From: Octopus bimaculoides
Taxonomy: Eukaryota
Length of the DNA stretch: 64,000 nucleotides
Reading direction: 5' to 3'
NCBI RefSeq assembly: GCF_001194135.2
Contig: NC_068984.1
Location: 128,263,482 to 128,327,481, forward strand
This document shows positions 42,801 through 54,125 of the stretch, one piece after another. Position numbers and translations under genes: made by a program. Numbering within the stretch: position 1 is the stretch's first letter; each line of letters opens with the position of its first letter. The notes under the pieces were generated by a model. The model did not search any database and had not been told where the DNA came from. It saw only the letters and a program-made list of their open reading frames with translations.

Positions 42801-45800
42801 TCTTACTTCCTGTTTCTGTTGTGCCTGTAATTCAAAGGGTCAGCCTTGTCGCACTGAGAACTACGTTAAGGGTACACATGTCTGTGGAGTACTCAGCCAC
42901 TTGCATGTTAATTCCATGAGCAGGCTGTTCCATTGATCGGGTCAACTGGAACCCTCGACGTCGTAAGCGACGGAGTGCCAACACACACACACACAACACC
43001 TGCATGGATTAAATGTTTCATGGTATTTAATTTGTGTGGAGCCATATGGTTAAGTGATTAAGCTGTTGCATTCATGATTGTCAGATTGTGGTTTTGATTC
43101 CTGGACTAGACAATGCCTTGTGTTCTTGAGCAAAACACTTCATTTCATGTTGCTTTAGTGCACTCAGCTAACAAAACTTATTAATATGGTGAAGTCATGA
43201 CAGGCTGGTAAGCTGGCGTTGGAAGGTGGACCTGCCTAAATGAACAAACAGAAGGGGATTGACAGGCCACAGGCTTATCTGGTGTCTAATGTTACCTTTT
43301 CTTTTTTAATCACATTTGTCTATGCTCTAAATTCAAATTCTACTAGTGTCACCTTTGTCTCCTATCTTTCCAAATTTAAAATAGTAACACTAATATACTG
43401 AAGCCATACCAACTAACTCTTTTGCTCCCACACAAAAATTACCTGGGAGGTTAATTGAAAGAAATCAATAATAAAGGAGTAAGATCCAGCAAGAAGAAAC
43501 AACAAAAACTATTCAGTTGTGATTCCCAGTTGGCTGTTGTTTCACTTCATTTTCCCATCATAAACTTGAGATTGTGTATCTATGTAAGAACTCTATTAAA
43601 GTTCTGTTGTTTAAGCATAGGTCAGCTCTGATAAAAGGCATACAAGCCATGACTGTTCCATCTTTTTGTATATCAGGAACTTTATTGTATCTTTCCATTT
43701 TTTTAAAGAGAGTAAGGTGTGATTTAAGGGAATTTGGCTGCTATTTCTAACAGGTTGAGTAGTCACATAAAGCAGGGGTGGGAACCACTTTAGTACCAAG
43801 AGCTAATTGCAAGTACATAAGATCTGGGGGAAATACATTCATGCTGAGAAAAATAATGAAACTTTTAATTTTACAAATTCATAGGCATGCCATTTTTACT
43901 ATTAACTTCCTATACAACACAGACAGTCCTGAAACACACATAGTATCATAAAATAATCAAACTAACCTTGTTTACATTCATTTTGAAGAAAATAAGAAAC
44001 TCTCTAATATAAATAAGATAACTCAAAGCCCTTTTTATGTTATTCATTTCAGTTCTGTAACAAAATCATTACAGAACTGCACTACTGATATAAAACATTT
44101 TCAACAAGATGTTAAGAGTTAAATTACAATTTTGATCATAAAGCTTAAACTTTCTGTTCCAAATATGAAGTAGGTAAAATTTTGGGAAATGTTTTCACAA
44201 TTGACATTGAGGCCCTTGTGAGCTTGTCATGAAATGTTTTCTATAACTGGTAAGTTAATATCACAATTTTTTTAATTTTAAATAAAACATCAAAAATATC
44301 ATTGATATTTTTTTGTTTCTAGAATCATTTTACATGCTAGTATGAGTTGGACAGACCTGCCTTTCAGTTTAACATTTTCACATATAGCCAAATTCCCTCA
44401 AATCATAACTTGCTGTCTCAAAAAAAAAAGGATAAACACATCTAGTCATAAATATACAAAAGCAAACAGGTAGGTCATAGGTGGAATGTCATTGATTATA
44501 GGTCTGTAAAATCAGAACTGATCTGAGGAATAAGGAATATCACTGAGAGTTCTCTACATGTAATCACTCAAAATCACTCTCATTACATTTCTATACTAAC
44601 ATAGTTGTCACAATATTAACTTAAGTTATATTCACAGATAAACTATTTAAAATTTGAGAACATGAATCTAAGAGGCAGGATATCATCATCATCATCATTA
44701 TCATCATTGTTTAACATCCGCTTTCCATGCTAGCATGGGTTGGACGATTTGACTGAGGACTGGCAAGCCAGATGGCTACACCAGGCTCCAATCTGATTTG
44801 GCAGAGTTTCTACAGCTGGATGCCCTTCCTAACGCCAATCACTCTGAGAGTGTAGTGGGTGCTTTTACGTGCCACCAGCACGAGGGCCAGTCACACGGTA
44901 CTGGCAAGGGCCACGCTCAAAAAGGTATATATATATACACACACATACATACACATATCTTGTTGCTAGTTGTTTGTGTCCACGGCCAATATCCACTTAA
45001 TGTTGCACAGTATTTTATTAAATTCTAGTGCTAAGTTCAATCCTTCCTATGATAAAATTTCTCCTCAGTTGTTCTGCTGCTGCTGTTTCATACAACAGGA
45101 TGCCCTTTCCATTGCCAAACCTTTCAGGTGTCTCTTATGCATGCAGAGATGTGGTGTACCTTTTCTAAAACTATTCCATTCAGAGAACATTTCTCTTCCA
45201 TTTACTAAAAGGCTGTAGAGAATGAAGTTGAGTGGTAGCTCTATAAGACCACAGGTGAGATTAGGTATCTTAAGCAACTATCTGGAAATTTTAAACACAA
45301 AACATAGCAATAACATTAACAAAATCAATATGTTCAGAAAAAATATTCTTACCTTTGATAATGATTTAAGGGCACGGACAGCATCTCGTCGATCTTCCAA
45401 TAATGTCGAAGATTGAACTCTATCACAGAGTCTTTCAATCTGTCAAATATATTAGAGATGAATACCAGTAAATACTCCAGAAATTATACATGTGAACACT
45501 ATAAAATACCAATGACTACACAGATCAATATTACAATATAGTAATAAATACACAGATCAACACTATGATAATACACTAATATGCACACATATAAACACTA
45601 CAATATACCAATGAGTACCTAAATCAATGCTACACTATTCCAATGAGTATACAGTTTAACATCACAAAACACCAATGAGTACAAAAATCGACACTTAAAT
45701 AAACCAGTAAGTACACAAATCAATGCTACAATACACCATTTTAGAAGTGAATTTACTCAATATGAAGGATAGGAGCAGGTAGGTACTCAGTGCTGTCTAT

Positions 45801-48800
45801 ATGGTATAAGGAACGATGTCATCAGATTTTTTAAGAACTGATAGAAAACTATTACTTCAAATGTACAGGGCCCTTGAAATAAAGCCTACAAATTGCTCAA
45901 CTTGTACACGACTTGTAGATTATGCCTGTTATTTATAGGGCATAACTAGAATTAGAATTGAGACAAAAACCAGTGAACTATACAGTGTAAGAAAATCAGG
46001 GAGCTATTTTATGTCTATCATCAACAAGCAGATTTTTCAGACATACAATAGGCAGACAGTTTAATGTATATGTGAAAGGCTGACTTTACTACCATGCTAC
46101 ATACATGAAATGTATGGAGCAAGATCATATGAGGAACAAAATTATCAGCTTATTGAAAAGTTTCTTTGAAATTTCTTAAACGTATCTTCATCATCATTTA
46201 ACATCTGTTCTCCATGCTGGCAAGCTGTGTCAAACTCTATTGCCTATTTTGAAACAGTTTCTATAGCTGGATGCCCTTCCTAATGTCAACCGCTTTACAG
46301 AATGTACTGGGTGCTTTTTCATGGCACATGCACCAGTGGAGTTACCAAGTAACTTGCAAGACAAAACTAAGTCCCCTCCATTGGGGGTGGGAGTAGTATT
46401 GAGGGAGGTGACTTTGTACAAGTTGATGATTAGTTAAAAGAATAATAGAGGGATAGAGACAAGTGTCTTGCTGTAGAATAATTACAAGGATATCCCAGCT
46501 GGAGAAGAAGAGCAAGAGAGAGACTTAGAGAAAAATACAGGATGTATCAGAACATACCCTCAAGGTACAGTGAGGGTAGGTAAATATAGGTGAAGTGATA
46601 TAGAGGTATGAACGAGGTGAGTAAGCAGGATGACAGAGGGAAAACTTCATTAGAATGTGAGATGGTTAGATGGGAACACAGTAAGCAGTGTTACAATTAT
46701 ACAATTTAATCTCTAGATAAAAGTCATCTGTATTCTACAGTGTTGAGGAAACATCCAAGTGGTTACTAGAAATCAAAGCACAATCTATGTTCTTAAAAGA
46801 AAAAAAGGAAAATATAGTCCTAGATGTGCTATGCCTGGAAGAAAAGAAAAGACAATAATTACAGCTGAAACAACATTAATTATAGGCCTCCTCAAGCAGA
46901 GCTCATTTGAGTAGCAGCAACAACAACACTGAACAACTGATTAAACAGGTGGTGTTGTCTAAAACTACATACATTTCAAGTTCGCTAACCAATTGATCTG
47001 ACATGTTCTGCTTGCTGAACATCAAAGAAGTCAATGAATGACAACTAGATACCAAATTGCTGACAACTAAACTCAGTCATGTTGATATCTGTTGCCTTCT
47101 AATTCAGAACTCTTGACATTGGCCCCCAACTAGTAGTTGAGGACACCCTTTATGGTACAGCTTTGTAATCAATAGCAGCCCTGTATTGCTTTTTCTCTGT
47201 ATCCTTCCGACTCACACACAGGCACATATATACACAAATAATGTATGTTTGTATGTGTGTGCGTATAAATATATATATCCTCACCATCATTGTCATTTAA
47301 CGCCCACTTTCCATGCTGACATGGGTTGGATGGTTTGAAAGAGCTGGGAGGCTGCACCAGGATCCAATCTGATTTGGCAAGATTCCTACAGTTGGATGTC
47401 CTTCCTAATGCCAACCACTCTGAGAGTGTGGTGGGTGCTTTTTATGTGCCAGTCAGGTGGCACTGGCATGGGCCACGCACAAATGGCGCTTTTTACATGC
47501 ACCGGCATGGGTGCCAGTCAGGCGACACTGACATTAGCCAGACTCAAATGGTGCTTTTTACATGCCACCAGCACAGGTGCCAGTCAGGCGGCATCACTTA
47601 TAAACTACAATATCTAAATAAATGATTGGTGTGTTAATAGTGTTTTGTCACAATTCCACATTGTACTTTGAGATTACTACATAGTCCTGTAATCAATCAA
47701 GGTTGATTACACACCTGCACATGTATGTGCAGACCTGAACAACATTTTTGGGTAGGGAGACTGGTAGTTACCTATGCATGTAAATTTCCCCTCTCCATGT
47801 TACCAATGTTTATCCAATACAATGGATACCATCTTGGGCTGTCAAAACACAAAGAGTTGGAACAGATGTCACAAAGTATTTCACAAATCCCTGTGGCAGT
47901 CCTGCTAATCCAATGACCTGGATTGATTCATTTTTTTTTTGATAAACCCAAAAGGATGAAAGGCAAAGGTGACCATGCCAGGATTTGAACTCAGAGTCAG
48001 AACAAATACTTCAAAGTATTCTATCCTATGCTCTAATGACTCTACCAATCAGCCATGACTATTCCATCTTTCTTAAGGTAGTGCATCTAGAATTGTATTA
48101 TCCAATGCATCCTTCGTTTCTTTTAAGTTAATTTAAATGAGGTTTGGCTAATATATATATACATATATATTATATTGGCTACTATATATTGTAGATAAAG
48201 TACCATATATAGGTTCCCTTGTTTTGGTTCATCTTTAAAAAAAGATTTTTGTTTTTCTGGAAGCACATTTTTCTTTTGTTGAGCATAACAAAACACTGTA
48301 TAAAGTTGTACTATATAGAACCAGAAAGGCGGCCTATTTTTTATGAGGTTTTAAGATTTCAACCAGGTTATTGAGCTTGTCAATTCCATTCTCTTTCAAG
48401 CTGATGTGCAATTTTGTTTTGTTACGATGTCTGTAAATTGTTTGTGTTTGATTTTAATATAATTTCTCTGAAACCAGATTAGCTCTGTCAGAGTAGTAAT
48501 GTTTTCCACTCAACTAAAGTGACTGCTGTATTGTTTTTGTGAGACATTTTTGATTAATGCCAGAATACTTTGACTTTTTCTATTCGAAAGGGTTTTTTTA
48601 ATCCATTATTTACATGCTATTATTTCTTTATAGCTTTATGTGTTTCAAGATCCATCGTTCTGAAAAAGAATTCACATCCTTTCAAAGGTTTATAAAATTC
48701 ATACGATGTCAAAAATTTATACATTCGTATGCACACACATGCATGCACAGACAAACACATACACATATATATTGCATCCACTTTCCACACATGCATGGGC

Positions 48801-51608
48801 TGGTGGAGTTGTCATGGTCTGAATCAGTTTTTATTCAGAGTCATTGGACCATGTCTCTTTCATAGACTCCGTTTTCAATACGAGCTTTATTATTGGATGC
48901 CCTTCCTACCATCAACAATTTTACAGTGTACTAGATATATTGAAGAGAGGTTATGTTCTGACTCAGACAATAGCATGGCAAAGAGTAATAGAAGAGAGAC
49001 AGTGATGACAACTGCATATTTTCTGGTGAGAGAGAGAGACCTAGTGATGGATAATAATAAAGATGTGTGATAAGAGAGAAGGTGATGGATGTTGAAAATA
49101 AGTGGTCTAGGGAAGGAGTGAAAGCAGGAGTAGTATAACCAGAATGGATATGAACAGATGTGAAATGAACCTTCATAGAGAAACATATGGATGAGAGAGA
49201 GAGAGAGAATTAAGAATGATGGTAGACATGAACTGAATATGGATATACATCTTTCCTCTTCTCAACAAACTTCCACACTAAATATTCCACTTAGTCCTTT
49301 GTAATCAAAGCCACAGATCTCAACTTGTTTTTACATATATCATTTAACAGCAGTTCCAGTGGAATATCAACTGCTTCAATCTCACCAGAATGGAATGACA
49401 AAGATTGTTAACATCACCCTCATTAGATTAAGGTAGGTTGAGTAAAACTGAGGAAATTTTCAATTTCTTTGCTAAAGAAAATTTCATTTCTTCAATAAAC
49501 ATAGGAACTCAGTACACAAACTTATATATCATTTCATAAATTTTGCATTCAAATCATTAAAATTGCTGTAATAAATTCTAATAAACTGTTCTAGGAAAAT
49601 GATTATGTAGAATAAGAAAACTTATAAAACACAAAACAAATTCCTTTGAAATAAACTTCACAATATAGCTAAAGCTAATGTACAAAGAATTGATTAGATC
49701 AATGTTTTAAGTCATATACATACAAGCAAGCTATATAGAAAGGAGGTGGAGGTGCATTGGCTCAGTGGTTAGGGCAGTAGACTCATGGTTTTTTTCAATT
49801 CCTAGACTGGGCATTGTGAGTGTTTATTGAGCGAAAACACCAAAAGCTCCATGAGGTTCCGGCAGTGGGTGGTAGTGAACCTTGCTGTACTCTTTCACTA
49901 CAACTTTCTCTCACTCTTACTTCCTGTTTCTGTTGTACCTGTATTTCAACAGGTCAGCCTTGTCACACACTGTGTCACGCTGAATCTCCCTGAGATCTAC
50001 GTTAAGGGTACACGTGTGTCTGTGGAGTGCTCAGCCACTTGCACGTTAATTTCACGAGCAGGCTGTTCCATTGATCGTCGTAAGCGATGGAGTGCCATGA
50101 TAGAAAGAAGAATCTTCAGGGAGGAGTAGGCGGTAAAAAGAAATCTCAGCACAAGGTAATTAGGTTATATGATAATTTAAACATTAATAGCTACAGTTAT
50201 TCATTAGAATTCCACCTTAACACAGCAATTCTAAATTTTGTACAGTTCCTTTTCTCAGACATTTTTATTAATAAGCTGGTGTTGACATATTTAAAGCAGA
50301 GAATTTCAAAAAGCAAACAGGATTGTTCAATTAGTGCAGCTAAGTTTGGGCTTTTTTCTTTTTTTTTTACCTCGGTACATCATTTTTAAAGTTACTAGAT
50401 TAAAATCAATCTAAAGCAAATCAAAGAGGGAAAAAAAAAACAGCTTCAGGCCAACCATAAGGTATATAGACATTCTAGCAAAACACGCACGCACACACAT
50501 ATTACTGAAACCTGGTCAGCTAATGTTACAAAATGGTATATAGCAGTATTCCACAGGAGTAACTGAAAACTAATTTTTCATACAGAATGTTTACTATTAC
50601 CTATAACTGTTCTAAAAATGGAAGCAAAGAATTATCAGTTTGTAATATAATACCTTGCATATTTGTATCTCTCTGTATAAAACATCAGTTGAAAGATAAT
50701 TTCATCAAAAATTTTCAAGAAAGAATGTTTTTTTAATCATATAAAATTAGATAATTCTGATATGAATAATAATGATAATAAAAACTGATCTAAAACAGAC
50801 TAAACATTTCCAGTCAAGAGAAAAATAAATAAAAAATGTTTACAGCTCTACTAAAATGTATGACATAAATGTTAATGTATGTGTGTGTATATATATATAT
50901 ATATATGTGGCCGTTGCGAGTACCACCTGACTGGCCTTCGTGCCGGTGGCACGTAAAAGCACCCACTACACTCTCGGAGTGGTTGGCGTTAGGAATGGCA
51001 TCCAGCTGTAGAAACTCTGCCAAATCAAATTGGAGGCTGGTGTAGCCATCTGGTTCACCAGTCCTCAGTCAAATCGTCCAACCCATGCTAGCATGGAAAG
51101 CGGATGATGATGATATATATATACATACACACATACATATGTGTGTGTAAACTCTGCATACACTCACTCTTGAGAAATGTTCCAATGTCATTATTTTAAA
51201 TTGCTTAATCAGCAAATTATCTTCACAAGAAAACCATATCCTGTCAAAATGGTTCTATGATCTGGTATGTTGAGGAAGTCTAATAAGTCACTGTACTTAC
51301 CAATGATCAAACTCACTCTCCACTGTACACCATTTAATCTTTAATCAATTAAAATTTCAGGGTTCTCTCCCTTGTTTTCCTTTCAACATTGTCATTAACG
51401 CTAGTCCCCCACACACACACACACTTTTTATGTATCTACTTATTTTATATCATTGGTGAACAATAGTATCGTTAGTTATACGTTTTGAACAGATCAAAAG
51501 TAGCAAGATAGTATCTGACATCTCTCGCAAACTACCGTTATTATTATTATCATTTTTTTTATCTTTGTTTTTCTTGCCGCTGCTATCCTTCTCTAAAATA
51601 CTTCAACG

Positions 51609-51653
<45 letters not shown>

Positions 51654-51890
51654 NNNNNNNNNNATTATATGTATTTATTTTCTCCTAGTAATAAATAACT
51701 CGGATAAAATAAATTGGTTAATAGATACCAGGGTAGCAAAGATCACAAAATAACTGTGGTGTAACTCCTATTTATGAGGTAGAAACTCCTTGATATTTTG
51801 GGTATTTGAGTATATATAAATTTAAAGAATGGAGTAAACGCATATTAAAAGTATGCAGTTATAATATGTGTTTACTCCATTCTTTAAATT

Positions 51891-51925
<35 letters not shown>

Positions 51926-54091
51926 AAATAAAACATAAGTCGGGGTGCGTGGCGTTCAGTTATTCCATAAAGGAAAAATACATTAAATACTACAAAACGT
52001 ACACGTAGGACAGACACCAGAACTCTAATACTTCATCAGATATCGACCGAAAAATACTAATACCTAGTTTCATGCCTATGTATGTATGTATGTATGTGCG
52101 TGTGTATGTATGTATATGTATACGAGGAGTGTATGAAGCCTTGAGCCTCAAAAAAGCAAAACATGGTACAAAACTTCTGATGAAGGTACAAGACTTCAAG
52201 GCTCAAANNNNNNNNNNATATAATACAAAATGGGACAAGAACGCAAAACATCCAGTTAGGTGAATCGTAAGTAAATCATAAACACGAAAGAGAAGCACAC
52301 TCTAAGTTATAAGAGCAGTAGAGTAATAAGACAGTTATGGCTGGTATACTCTTTTTTAACTCCTTTACTTGTTTCAGTCATTTGACTGCGGCCATGCTAG
52401 AGCATCATACACACACATACATATCAGTGGCGTAAGGAGGTTGTTAAAAAATGTGTTACTCTGGCATAAATATAAACATACGAACTTTATGCTCTTTCTA
52501 TACTAATACAAGTTCAACATGATTTAATTTTTGGTTCAGCGGGGTGGGGTGGGTATCATTAGATTTGGAAACAAATAATATATGACCAAATAATATAAAT
52601 TCGAGTCCAGAATATATGCCCCGGACACACACAAACACGGGGTTAATCAACTGATACTTATATATAAGCAGTTAAACGTTCGACCCGCGAGAAATAAGAA
52701 TCAAATAGACCTCGAATCACACTAGGCATCTTAAGACACATTACATAGTGTATTCATTCCTACACAGGCGGAACGATCGCGGTTGGAATGCTTTAGATCG
52801 TAGATTTGTTCAATCAGGGCTATTCTGGAACTAAACAGCAACTGGCATTTATTTTATAGACCCGTAAAATCTGAAGGAAGTCGACACTAGTATGATTTGA
52901 ATTCAAAACAATGAAGTACGGAAACATATCGTACACAATGATAGCTGCAAAGCATGGAAGGCACCAGGGATAGCTGAGACAGCCCAGAAAAGTGTGCAGC
53001 CCTTTTGTATATTGTAATATGTATATTAAAATATTACGATTATAAAAATACGAGACTCCACTCTCAGATGAATCAAGTCCCCACCAGGATCAATAAGACC
53101 GATTCTGTAGTTCGACTGAGTACAAAAGAGTCAACCCCCAACTGAATCTGACTTCGGTGTCATCAGCAGCATTAAACAAACAACAGCAGCAACGATGACA
53201 ATGATTTTCTCACAGCTGTAGCAGCTGGACACACAAGGAGGCGGGTCGTGTTAACTCACACATCATCGGTAGTCACAACGATCTTATTGAATTGATAACA
53301 ATAGCCAGATTTAGGAGTAAATACACAACGCAGGTCTAAAGTAGGCTACCGAGCAACAGTTGTTGTTTATAGCCCCGGTTCGAGTTTGATCAAACAGACA
53401 TACGAATGATCAAAGACATTCCAGCCGTGACATTCATGCCTTTTCTGTTCTTATTACAGATATAGTGTATAAAGGACTGAATTATTCGATATGCCTTACT
53501 TTTTTTTTTTAAGATAGTAGGAGTGTAACATGAGGGGATTTGACTGCTATTTCAAGCAGATCGAGTAACAACATAGAGACATCATTGATTCACTTGGACA
53601 GTATTGAAAGAGAGAGAGGGGGAGAGAGAGAGGGAGAGAGAGAGGGAGAGAGATGTAGATGGGGTTGACATATAAGAAACATTGGGCGTGCGTTAAAACA
53701 AAACAGCTTAATTTTGTAGAAAGAGGGTAATGGAGCGGAATTAACAGAATCGACACAAATATGTTACTGGTATTTATTTTATTGCTTGTGGCTGGATGTG
53801 AATTGAAAACAGCGATATGGATACAATAAGGTATTCAATTCAATATCGTACAGATACAGCCGTCTCCGGGAGTCTGTCTGTGCGTCGTGGAGTTGTAGGG
53901 AGAGAAAATCTCAGTTAAGTCTGTGTGAGTTTGATGATTAATGGCAGTAGAGAGAGAAGGAGGAGACAATTTACTGGGTTTAAAGTAAAGTATATAACAT
54001 AGTATAGAACAGAATGAGTGGCGTAGTTCAGTTGTGATAACAAGTCATGATAGTATTCATGCTAACGGGAAATGGGAAGTTGTTGAGATGA

Positions 54092-54125
<34 letters not shown>

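Noticed and set aside
46990-47110. VDICCL motif resembling an RTE endonuclease N-terminus
   Set aside because: One short motif with surrounding stops; too little to call.
52025-52075. Type-II-order hammerhead motifs on minus (GAAACTA-GGTAT-TAGTA ... CTGATGA)
   Set aside because: Stem III is plausible but stems I and II do not pair convincingly.
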